This document shows, piece after piece, positions 50,425 through 59,354 of a DNA stretch of 64,000 nt. This DNA is from Clostridiales bacterium. GTDB taxonomy: Bacteria; Bacillota; Clostridia; Oscillospirales; Acutalibacteraceae. Every line of letters begins with the position of its first letter. The first letter of the stretch is position 1. The DNA is taken from assembly GCA_019415945.1 (NCBI GenBank), contig DXYF01000032.1, positions 484 through 64,483 on the forward strand. The letters run 5' to 3'. The notes beneath the pieces are model-generated. The model was not told the origin of the DNA. It ran no database searches and saw only the letters and a program-made list of their open reading frames with translations. A program made the position numbers and the translations under genes.

Positions 50425-51296
50425 AAGATAATTGGCTTATCGTGTCAAACGGCGATAAGGAAAACAGAATACCGGTTGGTGATATTTACTCTGTTGTAAT
50501 AGAAAACCGTGCCGCAATGCTCAGCGTAAGTGTTTTAACAACACTTACGCAGGCAGGTGCACACATAATTTTTTGTGACGAAAAACACCTTCCCGTTACC
50601 TCGGCTTTTTCGCTGAACACGCATTACCGACCGTTTAATGTAATTAAAAAACAGATTGAAATGCCCTGTGAATTAAAAGATCTGTTGTGGCAGAAGATTG
50701 TAAAGTCAAAAATTTTTAACCAGTACCTGTGCCTTAAATACAGAGGAGTGGACAAAAACAGGTCAAACGAAATATATGAACTCTCCAAAAAAGTAAAATC
50801 GGGAGATACAACAAACAGAGAAGCGGTTGCCGCAAGAAAATACTTCACTTATCTTTTTGGAGTAACATTCAGAAGGTCAGACGAAGATGTCACCAATGCC
50901 GCTCTTAACTATGGATACGCAATTATCAGATCCTGCGTAGCTAAAACTCTTGCGGGATTTGGCTTTAACGGCACTGTCGGAATTCATCACATAAACGAAG
51001 CAAATCCCTTTAACCTTGCCGATGATATAATGGAGCCGTTAAGACCCGTTGTCGATATGTGGACTGACGAAAACTGCGAGATGCTTTTTGAAACGCTTAC
51101 ATATCAAAACAGGAGAGATCTTATTGACTTGCCGAATCAGATTATTTTACAGAACGAAAAAAGAATGAAAATAAGATACGCGATTGAAATGTATGTGAAA
51201 TCGCTCGCTTCTGCCGTTAACAAAAACGACGCCGAGCTTCTTGAAGTGCCCCGGCTTATTCCGTTTGATGAATTTTATGAGGATGAAGATGATTAA
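50379..51296 (+). CDS. cas1: Type II Cas1
   Basis: MWRTIIV, CDEKHLP, NREAVAA, NAALNYGY, GIHH, NLADDIMEP. Confidence 0.96.
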   Translation: MWRTIIVTSGERLNIKDNWLIVSNGDKENRIPVGDIYSVVIENRAAMLSVSVLTTLTQAGAHIIFCDEKHLPVTSAFSLNTHYRPFNVIKKQIEMPCELKDLLWQKIVKSKIFNQYLCLKYRGVDKNRSNEIYELSKKVKSGDTTNREAVAARKYFTYLFGVTFRRSDEDVTNAALNYGYAIIRSCVAKTLAGFGFNGTVGIHHINEANPFNLADDIMEPLRPVVDMWTDENCEMLFETLTYQNRRDLIDLPNQIILQNEKRMKIRYAIEMYVKSLASAVNKNDAELLEVPRLIPFDEFYEDEDD

Positions 51297-51612
51297 CAGA
51301 CTTATGAAAGTAATTGTATTATTTGATTTACCCGTGTCCACAAAAGAAAAAAGAAAACAGTATTCGCAATTCCGAAAGAATCTGATTAAATTGGGATTTC
51401 ATATGCTGCAATTTTCTGTTTATGCCAGGACAGTAAGAAACAATGACGACGCAAAAAAATATTCAAAAATCATAAAAGGCATTTTACCCCCGCACGGGTC
51501 GGTAAGATTGCTTATTATCACGGACAGGCAGTACGATTCAATGGAGATTTTATTAGGAGAAAAATATGCTGAAGAAAATTATCTTGACAAAAGGGATATT
51601 CTGGAATTATAA
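51289..51612 (+). CDS. cas2: Cas2
   Basis: VLFDLPV, GFHMLQFSVY, GSVRLLIITDRQY. Confidence 0.95.
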   Translation: MINRLMKVIVLFDLPVSTKEKRKQYSQFRKNLIKLGFHMLQFSVYARTVRNNDDAKKYSKIIKGILPPHGSVRLLIITDRQYDSMEILLGEKYAEENYLDKRDILEL

Positions 51613-51663
51613 TAATCTTGTGTTAAATTTGCCAAGACTGACTGCAATCCACAAGATGTAGCG

Positions 51664-52293
51664 GTTTTGGCTCTCTGATGAATATTGATAAACTTATACG
51701 ATATGTTCCGTGTCTTTCAACAGGCAAGGGTTTTGGCTCTCTGATGAATATTGATAAACTTATACCCCTTGAGTGAACGCACCATGGGATAGAGCGTTTT
51801 GGCTCTCTGATGAATATTGATAAACTTATACTATAGCACAGGGGTATCCGTATAAAGGCGGGTTTTGGCTCTCTGATGAATATTGATAAACTTATACTAT
51901 GGCAGAGGATTTTAAAAACGGCGTGCAGTTTTGGCTCTCTGATGAATATTGATAAACTTATACAATTAACGATTTCTTTAGCGATGAGGAGTGGTTTTGG
52001 CTCTCTGATGAATATTGATAAACTTATACAACAAGTTATAGTCAAAAGCTATAGAATCCGTTTTGGCTCTCTGATGAATATTGATAAACTTATACATAAA
52101 GGTGTGTTCAGACTTTGGTATCCGAGTTTTGGCTCTCTGATGAATATTGATAAACTTATACTGAGTTGAAAAAGACCTCTCCGATTGGAAAGTTTTGGCT
52201 CTCTGATGAATATTGATAAACTTATACAAATGGCAGCATACAATGCAGTAAAATCCTGTTTTGGCTCTCTGATGAATATTGATAAACTTACAT
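51664..52293 (+). CRISPR. CRISPR array: 10 repeats of 36 bp, 9 spacers of 30 bp
   Basis: Repeat GTTTTGGCTCTCTGATGAATATTGATAAACTTATAC at 51664, 51730, 51796, 51862, 51928, 51994, 52060, 52126, 52192, 52258; last copy ends TTACAT (degenerate) and is followed by a hairpin at 52311-52338. Confidence 0.99.
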
Positions 52294-52485
52294 CATAATA
52301 AAGTTATAATAATCGCTCTCGTTTTACGGGAGCGATTTGCTTATTTTGTAATAGTAATATTTTAAGCTTATCTTAATTGCATTACCTGACCGTTCAATTT
52401 GTTATTGCAATTTAAAAATAAAAGTTTTTCAGCCTTTTGCGGCTTCATCAGCTGACAAAGAGTTATTTTTCGAGGTAATATCACA

Positions 52486-52551
52486 TTAAAAAACGCAGTA
52501 CGAAATGCAGCAGGAAAATTAAAAACGCCGACTAAATCGGCGTTTTCATGG
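52486..52551 (+). repeat. Degenerate copy of the tmRNA-proximal attachment arm/terminator sequence
   Basis: 66-bp ungapped similarity to 57403-57468, including AAAACGCCGA-TAAA-TCGGCGTTTT. Confidence 0.8.
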
Positions 52552-52650
52552 GAAGCGTTGATAAAATAGATACACTTTATAAACGCGAGCATTAAGCTAT
52601 AAAAAAGAAAATCCCATCGGCTTAGTGTGGATATTTTTTTGTAACTTACT

Positions 52651-53556
52651 TTAACGTTCACGATTTTTGGAACGCTCACGCTTTTGCAGTTTTTGAAAAG
52701 AAAAATCTAAAATTCGTTCCTTTCTTTCTCGAAGCATAGTTTTATAAAACTCTTTCTGTAAATCCGAAATAAAAGGAGTTTCATCAACGATTTTATAAAT
52801 TTTATCCATATCAATTTTGGGCAGTATTCGCTTTAGAGCCTTATTACAATCCTTGTTCTCAAGAGATGAGATAAACTTGAAGTATTGGATTTTCTGACCG
52901 TTTATCTTGATACCTGAAAGTGGTCTTTCAAAAATACGGATTTCACGCTCAGCCGGGTCTTCCAATGTTCTTTTCATAATTTCTTCATCTGCCTGTGGGA
53001 ACAAGCAACTGCCACAATCATAAACAGGAGCAAGATAAATTTCATCGGTAAGAGCATTGTAAAGGAATCCCCAGTTACCATTATGTCTATCCCAGTTTCC
53101 GATTAAAGCATCTACGATAAACATATCCCAAAACCATTCAGTCAGCTTTTGAGAATCAATGGCAGTTTGTTCCTCTAATGTTTTTATAATGTCGCTAAGT
53201 TCTGTGCCATAGCCATTGTGAGCAGAGTCGATAATTGTGTTTTTCAAAGAAGCGAAATCCTGAAGCACAAATCCACCAGCTGTAAAATCTTTGCAGGCTA
53301 CAACAATCTTTTTCTTTCCGTTTTTGGTGTAGGTTCCCAGCAAAGTCTTTTGAACCGGAATACCAATACTCTCAAAAATATGGCAACCTAAATATTCAGA
53401 TATGCAACCATTCGCATAACTTATTTCTTTATTGATAGTTGGAACAGCAGGAAATTTAAGCATATATAGCTCATCGTTATACAGAATGGAAATCTTACTA
53501 CCATTGGCTCCTGCATAAGTTTTATTGCGAACTGGATAATCACTAAAATCTATCAT
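52651..53556 (-). CDS. HipA-domain (CtkA-like) Ser/Thr kinase
   Basis: YAGANGSK P-loop, MLKFP, SEYLG, IGNWDRHNGNWG catalytic loop, APVYDCGS. Confidence 0.85.
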   Translation of the reverse strand: MIDFSDYPVRNKTYAGANGSKISILYNDELYMLKFPAVPTINKEISYANGCISEYLGCHIFESIGIPVQKTLLGTYTKNGKKKIVVACKDFTAGGFVLQDFASLKNTIIDSAHNGYGTELSDIIKTLEEQTAIDSQKLTEWFWDMFIVDALIGNWDRHNGNWGFLYNALTDEIYLAPVYDCGSCLFPQADEEIMKRTLEDPAEREIRIFERPLSGIKINGQKIQYFKFISSLENKDCNKALKRILPKIDMDKIYKIVDETPFISDLQKEFYKTMLRERKERILDFSFQKLQKRERSKNRER

Positions 53557-53559
53557 AGG

Positions 53560-54021
53560 TTAGTCACCTCGTTTCATTCTTAAATATGTTTCACGCAAAT
53601 ACCAAGCCTGTTCGCTTGATATTTCCTGCTCTACTTCCGCAGAATTAATATCTGCGTTTAGTTCACTCCAATAAATATCCCAGTGATAATCTTTTTCACC
53701 GCTATCTACAATTTTCCAAGAAGCAATCATATTTTCCAAAGAGGTTTGCAGATATGGAGGAAGACCACGTTCAAGATATTTCTTGCTTTTTGGCAGCCCT
53801 GTTTCTTTGTCATACCTTGTATCTATTGTATCCAAAGACATAATATCTTCCATTGTGCAACCAAGTGCTTTTGCAAGTTGCTGTACTGTATAGGCAGAGC
53901 ATTTTTGCAGAGAACTTTTACCTGAACAAATATCTATAACGGTCGTTTTAGGAATACCACTGATTTGCGACAGATGATATTTTGTAATGTTTTTGCTGTC
54001 AATATATTCTTGTAGGTTCAT
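53560..54021 (-). CDS. XRE-family HTH protein, candidate antitoxin
   Basis: TKYHLSQISGIPKTTVIDI...LAKALGCTMEDI; 3 bp upstream of the kinase gene. Confidence 0.75.
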   Translation of the reverse strand: MNLQEYIDSKNITKYHLSQISGIPKTTVIDICSGKSSLQKCSAYTVQQLAKALGCTMEDIMSLDTIDTRYDKETGLPKSKKYLERGLPPYLQTSLENMIASWKIVDSGEKDYHWDIYWSELNADINSAEVEQEISSEQAWYLRETYLRMKRGD

Positions 54022-54120
54022 TTGCAACACCCTTTCTATAATTATATTATATCGGTGTACCGACCGTGTGTCAATAAGATTTTGGTCTAAACGGATTGCT
54101 TAATATTCGCTTTCTTGCAA

Positions 54121-54212
54121 TGGGGGCTTGGGGGTGTCCCTCAAAAGCAAACAGTAGGCGGATACGCTTACTGTTTACTCGGAACTTGCCGTACAAGTTC
54201 CCTGCTTGTTAC
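54121..54212. other. oriT-like hairpin cluster
   Basis: GGGGCTTGGGGGTGTCCCTCAA, AAACAGTAGGCG/CGCTTACTGTTT, and perfect IR GGAACTTG-CCGTA-CAAGTTCC followed by CTGCTTG. Confidence 0.45.
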
Positions 54213-54447
54213 GGTGTAAGACACATATCTAAGGTGTAAATCTAGCTTCCTATGTGGCTTCCACCGTGGAATAACTATCTCTAAACTTTCTCATATTACA
54301 AAAGTTACACTTACCTTAAATACTGGTATCAATATATCAATTAGTTATGTCAGTTTCTAAAAATAGTGTAACCTATGATTGTAATAGGAACAGTTATCTC
54401 CAAAGTTGACAGCACAGTGATATCAAAAGTATTGATAAGTGTAACCT

Positions 54448-54774
54448 TTAGAAACCATCAAAGAAATCAAGCATAGTTTCTTCATTTTCAGTGTTATCTT
54501 CTTTTTCGGCAGGTGCTTGTACAGGCTGAGTCTGCACAAGCTGTAACAAACTACCAAAAGGATTCACTTTTACAGTTTCTTCTCTTATAGTTGTAATTAC
54601 TCGTTCAAGAAACGAATCTTCATTTACACTTTTTTCTTTCAACTCCATATATTCGCAGATAGAAGAAATGACCGCCTTACTGTATGACTTGTCTGCATTT
54701 TGAAGATAGTCATACGCCTTGCGGTCATTTTCTTTATCTAAATTAAAACGAATTTTAATATTCTTAACACTCAT
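54448..54774 (-). CDS. ParR-like (ribbon-helix-helix) centromere-binding protein
   Basis: NIKIRFNL...AYDYL...SYSKAVI N-terminus, acidic/aromatic tail; overlaps the parM stop. Confidence 0.65.
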   Translation of the reverse strand: MSVKNIKIRFNLDKENDRKAYDYLQNADKSYSKAVISSICEYMELKEKSVNEDSFLERVITTIREETVKVNPFGSLLQLVQTQPVQAPAEKEDNTENEETMLDFFDGF

Positions 54775-55697
54775 ACTACACCACCATTTCTGTTAAGCGT
54801 AACAAGTGCCATATACTCATATCCTTTTGCCGTAGCACAAATATCATCATTAATGATTACTCTGTTTTCATCGAAATCTGCGAAGTTGTGAATAAGACAT
54901 CCGCCTCCGCCGACAACATAAAGCTTCATCAACTTTGAATCGTATTCGTGTTCACGCAAACGACGAAAAATACCGGAGGTGTATTCTTTTGCAGTTTTGA
55001 CAATCGTATCAAGATAATGCTTATCAATATCTGCTGTGCCTTTCTTCAAAATCTCGTTGATTATTGTATCTTCAAGATTTACGTGGTGTACTTTCATCAC
55101 CTGCTCACGAATAAGCAAAGCACACTGATGAGTACCGTACTTTTCTGTAAACATACGCTGTGCATCTGGCTTTTTATTTACAATCCTGAGAAGATTCATA
55201 GTTCCGTTGCCAATATCGCAGAGCATATTCACACCCTTAAAATCACCAAGTCTTTCAGCAACAGCGGCAAATCCCTGCGGATATATTTCAGCTCCTGCGA
55301 TTTTGATTTGATATTCTGTATTTCGGAAAGTAAAAGTAATCTCTTTATGTTGAAGCAGATACTTTTTAAACTCAGCTTTTTGTTCACTAACCCAAGTCAA
55401 AGGAAGACCTGCAGCAATAAAAACAGTTGCTTTTGTGATACGCACTCGTCTGAGTTCCCTAGCAATAGCGGCAAGAGTAAGTACATAGTAATCTTCATCA
55501 TTGAACTTGTCCGCTGTAAATTCCTTATGACCTACACCGATTGAATAATACTTGTTGTTCCAAATAAGCAGGTCACTTGCAAATACAGGTTCGGTATCGC
55601 TTTTCATAACTACTGTAGAAAAACAGCAGTTTGCAGTTTTCATATTTCCGTATCCGTGGTCAATTCCTACAACATACATATCATTAAATCTTTTCAT
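54771..55697 (-). CDS. ParM/StbA actin-like segregation ATPase
   Basis: GIDHGYGNMK, AGLPL, YPQG, CDIGNGT, VVGGGG, AKG. Confidence 0.88.
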   Translation of the reverse strand: MKRFNDMYVVGIDHGYGNMKTANCCFSTVVMKSDTEPVFASDLLIWNNKYYSIGVGHKEFTADKFNDEDYYVLTLAAIARELRRVRITKATVFIAAGLPLTWVSEQKAEFKKYLLQHKEITFTFRNTEYQIKIAGAEIYPQGFAAVAERLGDFKGVNMLCDIGNGTMNLLRIVNKKPDAQRMFTEKYGTHQCALLIREQVMKVHHVNLEDTIINEILKKGTADIDKHYLDTIVKTAKEYTSGIFRRLREHEYDSKLMKLYVVGGGGCLIHNFADFDENRVIINDDICATAKGYEYMALVTLNRNGGVV

Positions 55698-55710
55698 ATT
55701 TCATTTCTCC

Positions 55711-55990
55711 TTGTATAATAAATTTAGGTTGATAAGGGAGCCTATCTCCCAAAATCAACTGTATAATTATTCAACATAATGTTGTATAATTGTAGTTATT
55801 AGATAGAGGATGTCGTATTCTCCTTGGGGAGCCAAAAGCTACTCCGTACTGGAAAGACTGACACCTCTTTCTGATAAACAGATTACGAATAAGTTGGATG
55901 TTGACGGCTGATTGCCGTACTTCGAATATAGAACAAGGCAGTAACGTTTATCAGATAAGAGGAACTATCTAAAATCTGTTTATTTAGGTG
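55711..55990 (+). ncRNA. IS110 left non-coding end, candidate bridge RNA
   Basis: -10 box TATAAT at 55714, 5' hairpin, two stem/internal-loop/hairpin modules; loop sequences match the insertion junction. Confidence 0.6.
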
Positions 55991-55996
55991 AATGTT

Positions 55997-57133
55997 ATGC
56001 TTTATCTCGGAATTGATATCGGCAAAAATACTCATGTTGCTTCTCTTATTGATGAAACGGCAAAACCATTATTCAAAGCATTCTCGTTTTCAAACACAAC
56101 CGAAGGCGCAAACAGCCTGATTGAAAAATTATCAGTACATATCAATAATCAATCAGAAGTTGAAATAGGAATGGAGGCTACCGGTCATTATTGGCTTTCG
56201 ATTTACTCATTTCTTGTTGAAAATGGATTTGTTGTTCATGTCGTTAATCCTATTCAAACTGACGGCTGGCGAAAAGGGACTGAAATCAGAAAGCGTAAAA
56301 CAGATTTCATCGATTCTGTTCTCATTGCTGATTTGATACGCTACGGTGATTTTGTTGAAACCTCACTGTCAGATGAAGACACAATGTCACTGCGTAATCT
56401 GTCACGCTTTCGCACTTATCTTGTTTCGTCCATTTCAGACTTGAAGCGCAAGGTAATCTGTGTTCTTGACCAGGTGTTCCCAGAATATCACACTGCTTTT
56501 TCAGATGTTTTCGGCGAAACCTCTAAAGAACTTCTTTCGCACTTTCAGACTGCGGATGATTTTGAAAACATCTCTTCTGAACAGCTTGAAAACGTGCTCA
56601 AAAAGGTCTCTTTTAAGGGTTTTGCCAAAAACAAAATCACTCAGATTTCAGAGCTCGCAGCGAGTTCTTTCGGACTGAAGTTCTGTCAGGATAGCTTCTC
56701 TTTACAGCTTCGGCTTTTAATTGAGCAGATTAAATTTATTGACGCTCAGGTATGTGATGTGGAAGCAGAAATCAAAGTTATCCTTGATAAAATTAATTCT
56801 CCTATTATGACTGTACCGGGTGTAGGCAATATTAACGCCGCTGTTATTTTAGGAGAGATCGGTGATATCTCTCGCTTTTCAAACGCTTCCAAGCTTGCTG
56901 CTTATGCAGGTATAGACGCTTCTGTCAGCCAATCCGGTGAATACCAATCCACCAATAACAAAATGAGTAAGCGTGGCTCTCCCTATTTGCGCAAAGCTCT
57001 GTTTCAGGCTGCCTTGATTGCAGCCTTTCATGATCCGGTTTTCTCGGCTTTTTATCAAAAAAAGCGATCCGAGGGCAAGCATCATCTTACTGCTGTTGGT
57101 GCTGTTGCCGAGTTCTGTAATTGCAGAATGTAG
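55997..57133 (+). mobile_element. IS110-family recombinase/transposase, C-terminally truncated at about 57109
   Basis: GIDIGK, GMEATGHYW, KTDFID (DEDD), VPGVG, SQSG (Ser), SKRGSPYLR; the expected final RKL helix is missing after AVGAVA. Confidence 0.9.
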
Positions 57134-57452
57134 AAAGTGGAAATATTTTAGTTGCACACCTGCATCTTTGAGCGGTTCATATTATAGATGTCTTGAAAAA
57201 ACAAACATTCCAAAATTTTCTTTTCATAAACTCAGACACTATTTTGCGTCCGAGCTACATTCGCAAGGGATTCCTGATAAGTACATTGCAGAAATAGGCG
57301 GCTGGGAAAATGTTTCCGTTTTACAAGAAATTTATCAGCATACTTTAAGAGATAAGAAAAAAGAAATTTCAGATAAAATTGTAAACATCTTTGACAGTAA
57401 TTTTAAAAAATGCAACACGAAATGCAACACGAAAATTAAAAACGCCGATTAA
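57108..57452 (+). pseudogene. C-terminal fragment of a tyrosine integrase facing the tmRNA 3' end
   Basis: FHKLRHYFAS, IGGW, EIYQH catalytic motifs with no N-terminal half or start; followed by tandem ATGCAACACGAA arm-like repeats. Confidence 0.85.
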
Positions 57453-57465
57453 ATCGGCGTTTTTA

Positions 57466-57810
57466 TGGTGGAGATGGGGGGAGTCGAACCCCCGTCCGAA
57501 AATTGCTTGCCAAGACTTTCTCCGAGCACAGTCGCTGTTTTAAATCTCCCTTACCGCATCGCCCAACGACAGGCTATGCGGTTTGGCAGCTCCTAAACTG
57601 TGACAGAGTACGGAGCAATCCTCTGTTCACATTTACCACTAATCGACGCCCCTTGCACAGCCGTGGTGCTCTGTGCAGGAACGAGCAGCATTAAGCTGCT
57701 AATGCAACTTTATTGTTGTCAGTTATTTTTAAGTTGCGGATTTTATAGCGGTTCCGCACCGCTGCTCGCTTATCAAGGTTTACAATCCCCGTCGAAACCT
57801 TTACATCCCC
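57466..57810 (-). ncRNA. ssrA: tmRNA
   Basis: 5' GGGGATGTAAAGGTTTCGAC, 3' GGTTCGACTCCCCCCATCTCCACCA, tag reading frame (A)DNNKVALAA*; directly downstream of smpB. Confidence 0.95.
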
Positions 57811-57916
57811 GTATATAAAGAATTTACGGATGATTTGTACTTTATTAAAACAAATCAGATTTATGATTTTGTATTACACATAAAATATATTGTCCTGTTT
57901 TTGAAGATATTATACT

Positions 57917-58378
57917 TTACCCGCGTGACTGTTCTTTTAACGCTCTTTCTATATCACGCTTTGCACTGCGTTTTGCCATATCTTCACGCTTATCATAGAG
58001 CTTTTTACCCTTGCACAAACCGACCTGAATTTTAACCCTGCTGCCCTTAAAATAAAGGCTTATGGGAATGAGAGAATATCCCGTCTGCTTTACTGTACCG
58101 TAAAGTCTGTTGATTTCTTTCTTGTGCATAAGAAGTTTGCGTACTCTCATTGGATCACGGTTAAAGATGTTGCCGTGTTCGTAGGGAGATATGTGCATAC
58201 CGTTTACAAACATTTCCCCATCAACAATAGAACACCAGCTGTCCTTAAGGTTAACTCTTCCGTTTCGGATAGACTTGACCTCTGTGCCGAACAGCTCAAT
58301 TCCGGCTTCATATGACTCTTCTATAAAGTAGTCATGTGAAGCCTTTTTGTTTTGAGAAATAGTTTTAATTGAACTCAT
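57917..58378 (-). CDS. smpB: SsrA-binding protein
   Basis: [32 protein letters not shown]. Confidence 0.97.
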   Translation of the reverse strand: MSSIKTISQNKKASHDYFIEESYEAGIELFGTEVKSIRNGRVNLKDSWCSIVDGEMFVNGMHISPYEHGNIFNRDPMRVRKLLMHKKEINRLYGTVKQTGYSLIPISLYFKGSRVKIQVGLCKGKKLYDKREDMAKRSAKRDIERALKEQSRG

Positions 58379-58980
58379 TATATCTCATTCCTGCCTTCCA
58401 AAGCCTTTGCAAGTGTGTATTCGTCAGCATATTCCAAATCTCCTCCGACAGGGATACCGTAAGCAAGACGAGTAACTTTGACGCCCATAGGCTTTAAGAG
58501 CTTTGAAATATACAATGCTGTCGCGTCACCCTCTACGGTCGGATTGGTCGCCATAATTACTTCCTTTACACTGTCATCGAAAAGGCGTGCAACAAGCTGT
58601 TTTATAGTGAGATTTTCGGGGCCTATATCGTTAAGCGGAGAAATCGCTCCGTGCAAAACATGATAAACGCCGTTAAACTCACGGGTATTTTCTACAGCTG
58701 CTGCATCTCTTGGGGTTTCAACCACACAAATCACCGAGTTATCTCTTGCGGGGTTTTCACACACCGAGCAAAGTTCTTTGTCTGTGAGGTTACAGCATTT
58801 GCTGCAATAATGTATTTTTGTATGTGCGTCAAGCACGGCATTTGCAAGCTCTTGTGCTTGTGTTTTTGACAGATTCAAAACATAATATGCAAGACGCTGT
58901 GCGGTTTTGTGCCCTATTCCCGGCATTTTTTCAAACTGCTCCACCAGATTTTCCAGTGGAGCTGCGTGTATCTGTGCCAT
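58378..58980 (-). CDS. recR: Recombination mediator RecR
   Basis: [12 protein letters not shown]4 zinc finger, Toprim, EYADEYTL. Confidence 0.97.
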   Translation of the reverse strand: MAQIHAAPLENLVEQFEKMPGIGHKTAQRLAYYVLNLSKTQAQELANAVLDAHTKIHYCSKCCNLTDKELCSVCENPARDNSVICVVETPRDAAAVENTREFNGVYHVLHGAISPLNDIGPENLTIKQLVARLFDDSVKEVIMATNPTVEGDATALYISKLLKPMGVKVTRLAYGIPVGGDLEYADEYTLAKALEGRNEI

Positions 58981-58982
58981 AA

Positions 58983-59333
58983 TTAGAACATACCCGGAAT
59001 ATTAAGACCGCCCGAAATAGATTCCATTTTCTCCTCTTTTTCCTTAGCGGCAGCTCTTAACGCCTCGTTTGCTGCTGCAATTACAAGATCTGAGAGCATA
59101 TCCACATCTTCTGGATCAACAACTTCAGGTGAAATTTCAACCTTTGTAAGTTCCATCTTGCCTGTTACGGTAACCTTTACGGCACCGCCTCCTGCTGTGG
59201 CGTCATATTCTTTTGCTTCAAGTTCTGCTGAAGCTGCCTCCATATCATCCTGGAGCTTTTGAGCCTGACGGGCAAGCTGCTGAATATTGTTTACTCCGCC
59301 GTTTCCGTATCCTTTTGGTAATCTTGCTTTCAT
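58983..59333 (-). CDS. ybaB: Nucleoid-associated protein YbaB/EbfC
   Basis: [25 protein letters not shown]; dnaX-ybaB-recR synteny. Confidence 0.93.
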   Translation of the reverse strand: MKARLPKGYGNGGVNNIQQLARQAQKLQDDMEAASAELEAKEYDATAGGGAVKVTVTGKMELTKVEISPEVVDPEDVDMLSDLVIAAANEALRAAAKEKEEKMESISGGLNIPGMF

Positions 59334-59354
59334 AATATTAAATTCCTTTCAGTT

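Noticed and set aside
50633..50641. GTTTAATGT in cas1 (and TTTAATGT near 46763) as the target of the short spacer-like segment upstream of cas9
   Set aside because: 8-9-nt AT-rich matches are expected by chance in 64 kb, and the PAM is unknown.
51613..51663. csn2 or cas4 gene (type II-A or II-B)
   Set aside because: Only 51 bp lie between cas2 and the array and no such ORF is nearby, so the system is II-C.
51623..52243. ORFs with repeated ISLSIFIREPK / MNIDKLI peptides
   Set aside because: Translations of the CRISPR repeats, not genes.
52368..52679. 103-aa minus-strand ORF after the kinase
   Set aside because: It crosses a terminator and relic attachment arm, has no RBS and no recognisable motif.
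57018..57452. 144-aa ORF as an intact gene
   Set aside because: Its N-terminus is an alternate frame of IS110; only the part after about 57108 is integrase-derived.
57466..57500. tRNA gene
   Set aside because: This is the tRNA-like 3' domain of tmRNA; the matching 5' end and tag frame lie upstream.
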